64,000 nucleotides of DNA, from positions 108,748,001 through 108,812,000 of the forward strand of contig OX597823.1 of NCBI GenBank assembly GCA_951406725.2. The letters are read 5' to 3'. This document shows, one piece after another, positions 27,346-40,766 of this stretch; within the stretch, counting starts at the first letter, position 1, and every line of letters starts with the position of its first letter. The translations under genes were made by a program, and so were the position numbers. The notes beneath the pieces were generated by a model. That model worked only from the letters and a program-made list of their open reading frames with translations, was not told where the DNA came from and searched no databases. Source of the DNA: Octopus vulgaris (taxonomy: Eukaryota).

Positions 27346-27632
27346 GATGGGATAAATAAACATTACATTGACAGAGTTCTCTGATTGCCAAAGGGTCAAA
27401 GATTTGGTTCCCCAGTACATATATGTGTTATATCATAGCAACTGTAATTATAGTGGCTAGGTGTTATGTCACAGTGACCTCTTGTATACAAGCATCTACA
27501 GACACACCACATAAGCATACACATACATGTATTTATGCACTTACATACAGGCTCACACAAATACACACTTAGATGAATACAGAGAATGCAAGAGAAATAT
27601 GTTGGCTTCATCTCCAGTTGTACATGTGTATC

Positions 27633-28120
<488 letters not shown>

Positions 28121-28409
28121 TTGCACCATCATCATCATCATCATGATCCGATTGCCATGCTCGTATGGATCAGAAGGAATTGTTAAGGTGGATTTTCTAA
28201 AGCTGGACACCCTTTCTATTGCTAACCCCACACCTGTATCCAAATAAGATAATATTTCTTTAAGACCAGACATGTTTTCATGGCAGATTGGCATTGATGA
28301 ACACCATCTCCATGATCGTCACATTCACTTACAATTATCATGCAATGTTGAGGTACAGAAAACCTAACTCACAAACATCACATTGAATATGATAGAGAAA
28401 GTTGTCATA

Positions 28410-29091
28410 GTGATACCTACTCAGAGGCCTATGTAAAGTTGCAGAAAGTGTATGGAGAGGAGTTTATTAGCTGCACACAGGTGTATGAGTGGTTCAGACG
28501 TTTCCAATATAGTAAAAAAATGTAGATGTTCATGAACTTTCTGGGAGACCTGCAACCAATATAACTGAGAAAAGCATTGCAGATGTACATGCAGCTGTAA
28601 GGGGAAATCATCGAATCACCATCTGTGAGTTAACAAAGGCATGTGCAGATTAGTTACGGTTCAGTTCAGTCCATTATCAATCAAGATTTAGGTATGAGAT
28701 GCATGTCTGGCAAGTTTGTGCCAAAGACGCTTTCAGCTGACCAAAAGGACACTTGAGTTTCATTTGTAGAAGATCTCCTTGATTGTGTCGGGAACGATGA
28801 AAACCATTTGGAAATTTTTCCCAGGTTTCTGAGCAGTTGTCGCCAAGCTTTTGGCAAAATTTGATGCAGATTCTCTGCTCAACTTTCTCTATCATGGTCA
28901 ATGTGATGAGCACACACTACACACCTTCCTTCCAAGCAATGCTGTAAACAGCAGAAGTGACCTAGAACGTTAAAACTTAGAGCACATCCACAGCAGAGTT
29001 CAAGGTCAATCTGTACCTAGTAGATTCACTCTGCTTGCTCTAGCTTCGTTACTATGACAACAGTCCGGATTCTTATTGATCAGACCACGTA
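28410..29091. mobile_element. Rearranged mariner relic
   Basis: TIR TACGTGGTCTGATCAATAAG on minus at 29091; minus peptide EQRICIKFCQKLGDNCSE; plus peptide DTYSEAYVKLQKVYGEE...QVYEWFRRF...SGKFVPKTLSADQK. Confidence 0.8.
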
Positions 29092-29699
29092 TTTTTAGAG
29101 AACTGACATTTACATAAGCTTATGTGTGTGCTTGAGTGTGTATAAATGCATGCACGCACACACCTAAATACAATTGAATGCATATATCAATACCCATATC
29201 TATATGTCTATCTAACTCACTGTCTCTCTGTTTATCTCAATATTTTATCTATCTATCTATCTGTCTATCCTCTCCCCCTCACTCTCTCTCTCTACACACA
29301 CACATGCACATATATATGTATATTTATATATATATATATATGTATGCATGTGTATGTATATATATATATATATATATGCATGTATGTCTATATACACACT
29401 CATGCACATTCATGTAAATATATCTGCCCAGCTATCTCTATATATATGTGTATGTGTGTGTGTTTATGTGTATGTATATATATATATATGCATATAAACA
29501 GATGTATATCTTTCGCATTCTGTGTCTAACTCCTGAAGTAGAATATCAATGACCTTCTAGAGTTTTAAGGTTAATTTGTAACCAGAGAATAGCTTAGCAA
29601 GCAGACCATCTTTAATTGGCCTTTTAGCATTTCGGAAGTCTCTGCAGATACTGCTCTATTGATAAATAATGGAACAAACAAACTTCAAACTAAAACAGC

Positions 29700-29888
<189 letters not shown>

Positions 29889-30126
29889 TGAGATGATGAT
29901 GCAGGCATAGATTTCATTTCTGCTATACATGGATCCACTCATACACAGATACATTTGTGTATATGTTTGCATGTATACGATACTCATATTTTAATCCATT
30001 ATTGATATTTGCAAGTTAACACGTATATACACACACACACACACACACTTCATATGCATGTGTGTGCACACATGTTTATATATATAGAAATGTATCCTTG
30101 TAGGAATGTATTTCCATAACTATATA

Positions 30127-30162
<36 letters not shown>

Positions 30163-31248
30163 CACAACATATATATACATATATATATATTTAATATATA
30201 TATGCACACATATATAGATGTATTTATATGTTAATGTATGTATTGATAAGTATAGTTATAAATGAACATGGGAGTGTTTGTGTATGTGTGTATATCACAT
30301 ATGTCTATATAAATACATACATATATATATATATATACATATTTAAAATCATCCATACACTTTGTACTTTAGTTTCACAAAAAAAAAAATTAATAAATAG
30401 ATAAAATCAAACACATAAAACAAAAACAACCAACCAAAATAAAAAAAAAAAACACTCTATCAAATTAAGAAGTATCCTGTTGATATTTTCACTTTATATT
30501 TCTATAGAATTTCTCCCATTTTCTATTTTCATATATTTGTAAGGTCACTTTTATATTTTTCTGTTCATGTCCATTTATTCATACGTCTCTTCTTTCTCAT
30601 TTTCTAAATTGCCACTCACATAAAATTCATCAGTATATTGTTATAAATACAATTAATCTTTTAGAATTCAATGTTGCTAACAGATACACATTTGCTGTGC
30701 TTATTGAAGTCTCTTATTCATACTGTCACCAACATTCAGAGTTGATGAAGTGCTGAGCTAACTCTGCCTGCTTGAATATCAATGCTTTCTCTCATTCTCT
30801 CATCTCTGTTGCTACGTTGAGTGTTCGCTTGATTTTAAATCCATCCTCCCCCCCCATGTTTTCATGGTTTAGACAAGTATATCATAGAGGCATTGTTTTA
30901 CAGCTAGATACCCTTTCTGTTGCAAACACTTCCTTGAATTTTAAGTAAGGGATTTTTTTTCATTTCACACCTCTTTGAAAGCACAAGGTGAAAGGGATCT
31001 CTTGTTAAAGGGAAGTGACAATAAAAATATCATTCACAGCCACCAGTTTTGCAGAAGGCAAATGTAAAGCAGGTATGAGCATCTTTTTTGAGAAGCGAGC
31101 CACATGGGACATGCCTCATCATCAGGTAGACTAAAAAGATTCAAGGAAATTTTTTGCTCACATGTGCCATTTAGAATGTTCCATGGGTTGCAGTCTGCCC
31201 ATAATTGATGTAAATAAATACATAGACATGCGCACTCACATGCTCACG

Positions 31249-31436
31249 TGCATCATAAACCCCTGTACTTGGCTTTTGTTGGCATGGAGAAAGCCTTTGA
31301 CAAGGTCCCCCGATCCCTAATCTGGTGGTCAATGAGGAAACTAGGGATAGATGAATGGTTAGTGAGAGCTGTGCAAGCCATGTACAGGGATGCTGTTAGT
31401 AAGGTGAGGGTTGGCAATGAGTACAGTGAAGAATAC
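31249..31436 (+). pseudogene. RTE-clade reverse transcriptase fragment
   Basis: KPLYLAFVGMEKAFDKVPRSLIWWSMRKLGIDEWLVRAVQAMY matches the non-LTR RT FxDxxKAFDxV region. Confidence 0.9.
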
Positions 31437-31622
31437 TGTGTACCAAATTCATAAACAAAGCTTTGATTATCCTGACAGTATAGTACAAGTCATAGTGAAG
31501 GGGCCATTTGGTGGGCCTAACCCTGAAATTGCATGGGTGGGAAAATAACTTCTTAAAACCCATGTGCTTCCAATATCAATCCATTTATCGTTCTGTCTCT
31601 GTGTGTATATACACGTGGATAA

Positions 31623-32250
31623 ATACATACATACATAGATACATACATACATACACACATACATTCATACATGCATACATGCATACATACATACATACAT
31701 ACATACATACATACATACATACATACATACATACATACATGATGGCTGCCCCCTCGTTATCGAGTATGGCCATTGCACGAAGCTTAACTGTTAATGGTGC
31801 TGTGATTGAATGTGACTTTTTAGCCCAGCTAAAGATCTACAATGTCTTGTACAAAATTGGCAACTAAAACCTTTACTGGTAATAGCCGGCTGTAGTTGTA
31901 ACTGGGCTTCATGTACCTTTGCATGTCGTTTAAGTCCTCCTGCCGAATTACACTCTCTTCCACATGCCCGGCAGTTATGATTAGTATGGTGTGTTACACC
32001 ACCACCAGTGGCCAGGTTGTCACTCATCTCTCTCATTTTATGACTACGAAGATGACTCTTGAGTCCAGCTTTACTGAGGCAGGGTCTTGCACAGACACTG
32101 CATGTAAGCATCATAGGAAGACCCTTCCCATCTGGAAGTGTAACAGTGATGCCCTTCCTGACATCCCTCCTTACTTTCTCATGCGCAACTCAAGATTTCT
32201 CAAAAGTAGCTGTCATCTCATGCACAATCCTTCTCCATATGCTACAATCA
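31623..32250 (-). mobile_element. 3' end of an RTE-like LINE with three C2H2 zinc fingers and an (ATGT)n tail
   Basis: CSVCARPCLSKAGLKSHLRSH, CRACGRECNSAGGLKRHAKVH, CQFCTRHCRSLAGLKSHIQSQH, preceded by WRRIVHEMTATFEK...VRRDVRK; short 3' UTR then simple-repeat tail. Confidence 0.75.
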
Positions 32251-32989
32251 ATAGCTACATACACACATACATATATATATGTGTGTGTGTGTGTGTGTGT
32301 CTGTGTGTGTGCATGTGTGAGTATATGCTTCTTATTTGCCTTATAACAGCAATTTGAGTGTGCTCAGCTATCACTATTTACAAATTGTAGGAATAAAATT
32401 ATATCTAATCTCATAACTAATTATATCCAAAATACAGAAAGGACCTAAAAGTCAGTATAATGTCACTGAACATCACCAGAGCGAAAACAAACAACATGAG
32501 AACAAAGCACTGAACCATAACAACATGCAAAAGTTAAACACAACCAGGGAATGCACACACGATACACACACACACACACACACACACATACACACAGTGG
32601 GTGTAGCGCAATATTCTATTTTGACCTTCTTTTGAGGTTTGTATAGATCCAGAAATTATTGAAGAGAAGGGTCAGCGTTTAAGATGTACTATTAAGTTTA
32701 GGATGTAGTTTGGTGATACTCATAACTAGCATTAAATGCATTTGTAGAAAGCCATCAGACAGACATCCCACTGCGTCTCAAGCATATGCATCAGCTCAAT
32801 AAAAACAAATGAATAAGTATTCTCTCAGTGTTTTTAATTCCATCAGCCATTACTTAACCTTATCATTGAAAGAGCTGTGTCCAAATTGTCCCCATTTGCT
32901 TTTACTCCTTGCAACAACCAGACTGATGGTTAGAAATCATCTTAAATTTTATATCTGTTGTTGTTAATGCTGACCAGCTCCATTTATGC

Positions 32990-34070
32990 TACTTTTGATA
33001 AACGGATTCATCCATCCATTTTCTTCATTCACCATTTCTGGAAGGGTTGTAGTGGTAGAGTCCTTATAAGATTCTCTCAGAAGCAGCCATCCTTACTCTT
33101 TCCAGCTGGATTCCCAAGCATAACCAATCGATACTCTCTCATTATTGGCCTACTCCTATGTCTCCTGCTGGTTAACTTAGCTTGAAGAATCCCTCTCACG
33201 ATTCTTTTCTAAGACATTCTAATCACATGTCCACAGTACCAGAGCTGGAACCTCTCAATGCAGAGAAGTAGCAGCTGAGCTAGAGAGGCTTCTTGATCTC
33301 CAAGATATTCATCCTGTCAAGTGACTCTACTCCAGAAATCCTTTGGAGAACCCTACTTCAGCCCTTTGTATTCATGATTGTGCATTTCTAGTCATTGCCC
33401 AACATTCGTGACAATAAATTCGATGATTGGCATCCGTGCTAGCGGGGTGCAAAGCGCACCATACGAGTGTGATCGTTGACAGAGCGGCTAACTGGCTTCT
33501 GTGCCAATGGCACATAAAAGGCGCCATTCGAGTGTGAGCGTTACCAGCGTCGCCTTACTGGCACTTGAGCCCCGTGATAGTAGGGTGCTAAGAGCACCAT
33601 CCAAGCATGATCGTTGTCAGAGTGGCTAACTGACTTCCGTGCCGGTGGCACGTGAAAGGCACCATTCGAGCGTGATTGTTACCAGCATCGCCTGACTGGC
33701 ACCTGTGCCGGTGGCATGTGTAAACAGTTTTGAGCGAGGTCGTTGCCAGTACCACCTGACTGGCCCCCGTGCCGGTGGCATGTAAAAGCACCCACTACAC
33801 TCTCAGAGTGGTTGGCGTTAGGAAGGGCATCCAGCTGTAGAAACTCTGCCAGATCAAGATTGGAGCCTGGTGCAGCCATCTGGTTCGCCAGCCCTCAGTC
33901 AAATCGTCCAACCCATGCTAGCATGGAAAGCGGACGTTAAATGATGATGATGATGATGATGATGATGAAGTGAAGATAGGCATGGAATCCAAACTGAAGA
34001 TAGAAAGTTAGGGATTCTTACCAGCTGTTCCTCTTTTGAGCTTTGATAGATTAAACCTCCAAAATGTTTG
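32990..34070 (-). mobile_element. Decayed RTE LINE C-terminal region, split by family B
   Basis: Broken frames LSIFSLDSMPIFT / YCHECWAMT / CIERFQLWYCGHVIRM / RRHRSRP. Confidence 0.72.
33420..33968 (+). mobile_element. Family B retroposon, longest copy
   Basis: About 6 tandem units of 60-75 bp, then the RTE-type tail and (GAT)n. Confidence 0.9.
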
Positions 34071-34098
34071 AATATATTGATAGATAAAATGTTAACTA

Positions 34099-34500
34099 CG
34101 TAGGAGTGGTTGTGTGGTAAGTAGCTTGCTTACCAACCACATGGTTCTGGGTTCAGTAACCACTGCATGGCACCTTGGGCAAGTGTCTTCTACTATAGCC
34201 TTGGGCCGACCAAAGCCTTGTAAGTGGATTTGGTAGACAGAAACTGAAAGAAGCCAGTCATATATATGTATATATATACATATGTACGTGTGTGTATATG
34301 TTTGTGTGTCTGTCTTTGTCCCCCCCCCCCCCAACATCGCTTGACAACCGATGCTGGTGTGTTTACGTCTCCGTAACTTAACGGTTCTTCAAAAAAGTCT
34401 GACAGAATAGGTACTAGGCTTACAAAGAATAAGTCCTGGGGGCGATTTGCTTGACTAAAGGCGGTGCTCCAGCATGGCCACAGTCAAATGACTGAAACAA
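34099..34500 (+). mobile_element. SINE family A
   Basis: Near full length. Confidence 0.92.
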
Positions 34501-35151
34501 GGAGTACATTCATGAACAGGAAATCGATGTTTATCTTTGCATGAAATAAAACGCTTCTTTACCATAAAACAGTTGATACTCTTTGAGGAGCTCCATGAAG
34601 AAATTGAACCAAAGAATCTAGTAAATATTTTCTAATGCAAAATAATAAAAATCGTGTTAGAGTCCCAATAAGAAGAGCAAATAAATGCTTGTATGAAACT
34701 AAATCACATAATATGCTCTTCTTTAGAATATAAAATAACCCAGGCTTTTACTCTCAGGACAAAGGTATTGACACCTTTGTTTGATGCTGTACTGTGAAAC
34801 TTCAATAGGAATGGCTTAGAATCAATGAAGTAATCTCTATTATGTCACAAAAGTTCATTATCCAAAAGTCACCAACTCTGGCATAATTTGAACTCACAGC
34901 CTCAGAATTCAAATTCCACTGTGAATGATATTGTTTCTCATTTTACCATGACAAAAAAAAAAAAAACACAAACTTAAACACAATTCTGTTGTCAGTTCAG
35001 CCACTACTAAAGTTTAGTCTCAATATGATAACAGGTTATCAATCCCAGGTTTATTTACCCGAATGACTATTACCAGTATCAAATGTATTGAGTCATAAAC
35101 AAAGCTTCTGCAACTCAAACAGGCTGGATTAAAATATAATATATATATATA

Positions 35152-35531
35152 TCTCTCTATATATAAACGGCAGTTTGTCTGTGCGTGTTTCTGTGTGTCT
35201 GTTTGCTTGTACCCTCACCCTGACCACGGCTTTCAACCGATTCTGATGAAACTTGACACACACATAGCCCAATGTCATAATTCAAAACTAACGCAGCGAA
35301 AATTTTGAAAAGTTCCCCCAATTCTGAAAAAAATCGATAAATTCGACATGGGGTCGAGAATCAGAAACACAAACCGCAAACTGTCTAGGGGACGCAACTC
35401 CACCTTTTTTAACTAAAAAAAAATTTACCATAATTTTTTTCCATTTTTTGGCTCTTTTTTGGCTATAACTCTAAAAATGCTTTATAGTTATTTCCCTTAC
35501 AAACCTGAGCAACGCCGGGCGATACTGCTAG
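35152..35531 (+). mobile_element. Non-autonomous Helitron
   Basis: 5' TC, 3' CTAG, subterminal hairpin CCTGAGCAACGCCGGG, inserted between A and T with no TSD. Confidence 0.8.
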
Positions 35532-35954
35532 TATATATATATATATGACTATTTTATTATTTCCCCTTCTTTCTAGCTCTCCTGTGTAACCCTCTGTCCG
35601 GCATTCGCCATGATTGATTGCTAGCCACTAAAACATTTTTATTTTCTCTCCCTGTTTATTTCTGTGTTCCTTTCTGTCGAAGAGCATAGGCTCGAAATGT
35701 AAAGGACTTCTGTGTGTGTGTATGTGTGCGTACATATATACATATATATATAAGGGTGGATATATATATCTGTATATATGTATGTATGCATAAATAGCAT
35801 GAAATATTTAAATATTTAAGAACACTTATATAAAAAGAAGAAAAAAGACGGTAAGAGGAACAAATTTTTGTCCAATTGCAATTGTTATATGTATCTGATC
35901 CTCACGAATTGAATTGGTTTAATAGGCAAAAAGATGAATTGAAAATATGAGAGT

Positions 35955-36025
35955 ATGGATGATGATGAGGGGGAAGGCAGAAGAGAAGAAGGAGTAGATG
36001 ATGGTGATGATGTTGGTGGTCATCG

Positions 36026-36096
<71 letters not shown>

Positions 36097-36360
36097 GTCA
36101 TCATCCACTTAAGCATTATAACTATGATTATGATGAGGTTGATTGAGGAGATATGAAGTATGGTGATGATGATGAGGATGATGATGATGAGAGCAATGAC
36201 GACAACCTTATATGAAGACAACGACAATAACGACAGCGACCACAATGACAATGATGCTGACGGTAGTAGTGGTGGTGGTGGTGGTATTAGTGGTCTCCTA
36301 ACGTAACTGCTTCTAATAACGATCCCACTTTTGATGATGATGATGATGATGAGCAATGAT
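35955..36360. repeat. (CAT)n/(GAT)n trinucleotide cluster
   Basis: Seen directly. Confidence 0.9.
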
Positions 36361-36519
36361 TGTGAGGGTGTAGTGGTAGCGTCAGTTGTGGTAGCAGTCT
36401 ATTCATATATGACATCAATTACGTTATATGCTATTACTGCAGAAAAACGTGACATATTAAGCCACAGACTCACAGACACTCCCATACATATACAAACACA
36501 TTCACAAAATGGGGAAATC

Positions 36520-36585
<66 letters not shown>

Positions 36586-37685
36586 ACATGCATACATTTA
36601 AAAATAAAAGATATAAATTTGAAAGAAAGTTCTGTATGAAGCATTTCAAGATAACAAAAAAAATGCAAAATAACAATAATAAACTGAATTGCTATCTAAT
36701 TAATAAAAGAAAATAAATTGCCAAATTAAGCAACGAACAACACTAAAATGAATTAGTTTAAGTTGAAATTTATGCAAAGTTCTACGAAATACTGGATAAC
36801 AAATATTTCATACAAGGGATCATAGTAATAATAATGATGATAAAAAAAAAAAAAAAATAATAATAATAATATTTTTTTTTATATTGATGTATTTTATTTT
36901 AATTTTTCTTCTTTATTTTTCATCCTTAATGAAGGTATTTTAGTGAATTAATACAGAATTTTTTTCTCAAAACTAAAAATTTAACTCAATGGAATAAACA
37001 TACAAATGCAATAAATAATAATGATGATAGTAACAACAACAAGAATAATAATGATAATGATAAATATTAAAAAGATAAAAAAAAATTGGATAAATTTAAA
37101 ATGAATTGGACGTATTTTTTCTTTCTTTCTCTCTGGCAATTTGATTGATTTATCAAGGACCCTGGATAATATTTGTGTTATTATGAGAACCCGTGAGAAA
37201 TGGCTTTATTTGCAAAATGGTGGGAAAAAATGTATTGAATTTGAAGTGAGATAATTTAAAATCATAAAAAAATTCCTCTCCTCTCAAAAATGAAGTAAAA
37301 CAACAAGGATAAAATGGTGAGAATAAATTAAGAAAATAAACGAATAAATAAAACGAGATTTAAAAAGATATTAAGGGAAGATGAATTCAACAACAACAAC
37401 AACAACTATAACAACATTGCGAAAATCCTGATTAAGCTTGGTAATCTATAATTTCGTTAAATGATGCTAATTAAAATATCAAAAAAAAAAAAAATATATA
37501 TACAAAAGCAATCTCAAAAAAGCTACAACACTGGCAACTACAGCAGCACTGACACAAAAACTAAACAAAAACATACACACACACACACACACACACACAT
37601 ACAGTCTGTCTCTCTCTCAAACATGCATACGTACATATATACATATATACATACACTCATACATACATGCACTTATATATACATA

Positions 37686-38055
37686 TACTCTTTTACTTGT
37701 TTCAGTCATTTGACAGTGGCCATGCTGGAGTACCGCCTTTAGTCGAGCAAATCGACCCCAGGACTTATTCTTTGTAAGCCTTAGTACTTATTCTATCGGT
37801 CTCTTTTGCCGAACCGTTAAGTGACGGGAACGTAAACACACCAGCATCGGTTGTCAAGCGATGTTGGGGTAGGGACAAACACAGACACACACACACATAT
37901 ATACATATATACGACGGTCTCTTTTCAGTTTCCGTCTACCAAATCCACTCACAAGGCTTTGGTCGGCCCGAGGCCCAAGGTGCCACACAGTGGGACAGAA
38001 CCCGGAACCATGTGGTTCATAAGCAAGCTACTTACCACACAGCCACCCCTACGCC
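37686..38055 (-). mobile_element. SINE family A
   Basis: Near full length with a small internal deletion. Confidence 0.92.
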
Positions 38056-38088
38056 TATATATAAAACTTAACATCTATAACAACAACA

Positions 38089-38156
<68 letters not shown>

Positions 38157-38588
38157 AGCAGTAAGAAATATTACCATCAACGTGAACAACTACAACAATA
38201 AGGATATCAAGAACATCACTAACACCACCACCAACTACACCAATATCAACAAGGACACTAATAACAGCAATTACAACAACAACAACCACAACAAAAACAG
38301 GAGCACCGTCAGCATCAGCATCACTATCACCATCACCTACAAGATGGCTAAGAAGTCTTTATATGACCAGTAGCAGCGAGATTGCCTTCATGTTGCTCAT
38401 TCTACATATCTGGGTAATGTGGTTTTGGGTTTCTCACAGAAAAAGGAAAAGGATAGGATGGTCACAGCTGGAATGGTTTTGCTTACGGATCGGTTCAGTT
38501 TGTGTTTACGTTGGCCTAAACACCAATAAGGAAGAAACCTCAACTGCGGCCCCATTGGTCTTAACAACAACAGCAAGGACGGGAGATA

Positions 38589-38953
38589 TACTCTTTACTC
38601 TTTTTACTCTTTTACTTGTTTCAGTCATGCTGGAGCACCGCCTTTAGTCGGGCAAATCGACCCCGGGACTTATTCTTTGTAAGCCCAGTACTATCGATCT
38701 TTTTTGACGAACCGCTAAGTGACGGGGACGTAAACACACCAGCATTGTTGTCAAGCAATGCTAGGGGGACAAACACAGACACACAAACATATACACACAT
38801 ACTTATATATATATACATATATACGACAGGCTTCTACCAAATCCACTCACAAGGCATTGGTCGGCCCGGGGCTATAGCAGAAGACACTTGCCCAAGATGC
38901 CACGCAGTGGGACTGAACCCGGAACCATGTGGTTGGTTATCAAGCTACTTACC
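38589..38953 (-). mobile_element. SINE family A
   Basis: Several short deletions; 5' end slightly truncated. Confidence 0.9.
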
Positions 38954-39080
38954 TATATGCATCTTCAGTAAAAAATCTTAATATTAGCAATGAAAACTTG
39001 TACAATTAACAACAACAACGACCACAAAAACAAGAACAGCAACTATATAAAAAAAAACAAATAAAAGAAATAATTAAAAT

Positions 39081-39140
39081 GGCGGTGCCCCAGCATGGCC
39101 ACAGCTCGTGAGCTGAAACTAGATAAAATAAAAAAGATAA
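39081..39140 (+). mobile_element. Isolated 3' tail related to SINE A
   Basis: GGCGGTGCCCCAGCATGGCCACAGCTCGTGAGCTGAAACTAGATAAAA. Confidence 0.7.
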
Positions 39141-39359
39141 AAAATAATAAAAATCAAGGGATATTGTAACAAGAATGCTACACTTGCAGAATTTTTAAAA
39201 AAGAACAATAATACCATAAAAGCAACAACATCAATAACAACAACGACAGCAATGACAAAGCAACAACTATTGAGGGAGCAATAACAACCTTATCAGAATC
39301 AACATCAAGATTGAAGGATGAGGAGAAATAACAACGATAACATTTAACTAGCTGAAGAG

Positions 39360-39390
<31 letters not shown>

Positions 39391-39510
39391 ATGTATATAT
39401 ATATATGTATATACATATATTTATATTTATATATACATATATATATATATATAAAATATATTTATATATATACATATATATATATACACATACACACACA
39501 CATATATATT

Positions 39511-39572
<62 letters not shown>

Positions 39573-39770
39573 CACACACACATATATACATATATTTACA
39601 TACACATACATATATATGTGTATGTGTATTTATATAGCCATATATACACATATACACATACACACACACATATATATATACACACATACATACATATACA
39701 CATATACACATACACACACACATATATATATACACACATACATACATATACACATACACACACACAAAAT
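39360..39770. repeat. Compound TG/TA/CA microsatellite
   Basis: Seen directly. Confidence 0.93.
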
Positions 39771-40522
39771 TAATACATATTTCAAGTTTGATAATAGTAA
39801 TAAAAGAATCAAATTCAAATATAAATCGATATAATTTTTAAGTGTGACTTCATTAGTTTCCAATGATGTGTTACCGAATTATTTTTACAACTTTTCGTAT
39901 TTTCTCTTATTTTACTTTATTTTTGCGTATGTATGTTCGTGTGTGCTCGTTCATTTGTGTGTATGTCGTCTATGTCTGTGCGTGTAGAGGTAGTGCAATT
40001 AAGAACGAAGAAAAATGCCTTAAACACGCGCTTTTTTTAAAAAAATTCTTTTAAAATACAAATCTCAAAAGCAAACTACAAAGAAGACAGCTTAACATAA
40101 CACAAACCACAGAAACCACAAGAACAGCGATAATAAAAGCATCTCCCTCACCACATTAAAAACAAAAAAAAAACCCCCAAAATATATATATAAAAAAATC
40201 AATAAATAAATGACGTATTCCACAAGCTACAATTTTACATATTTTGAACATCACTTTAACTAAAATAAAATAATATAAAATTGTCTCTATTTTTTCCCAC
40301 CTCTACTATCTCCATTATCTTCAGCATCGCAACCTTTATATTTAATGAAGTAAATTTTACTAAAAAAACAAAACAAATATAACACAACTTTGTTATTTAT
40401 TCCTACATGTTTGTATTTAGTATTACGTTATTAGCTTGGTGTTTCTTCATTTTAATTATTCATAGGTTTATTTATTTATCTATCTATTTTCTCTACTCAT
40501 CATGTGTGTATGTATACACACA

Positions 40523-40590
<68 letters not shown>

Positions 40591-40728
40591 CATATATACA
40601 CACAAACACAAGTGTGAGTTATGTGTGTATATAGGTTAACATATATGTGTATATGTGAATCATTTATGTGTATATATATGTATATATATGTGCATCTATC
40701 TATCTATTATCTATCCATCTATCTATAC

Positions 40729-40766
<38 letters not shown>

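Noticed and set aside
33420-33800. Repeat-spacer appearance suggestive of a CRISPR array
   Set aside because: The spacers are homologous to each other, the context is a eukaryotic retroposon, and there are no cas genes.
38363-38647. 94-aa ORF with hydrophobic N-terminus
   Set aside because: It overlaps an old dispersed repeat and ends inside SINE A.
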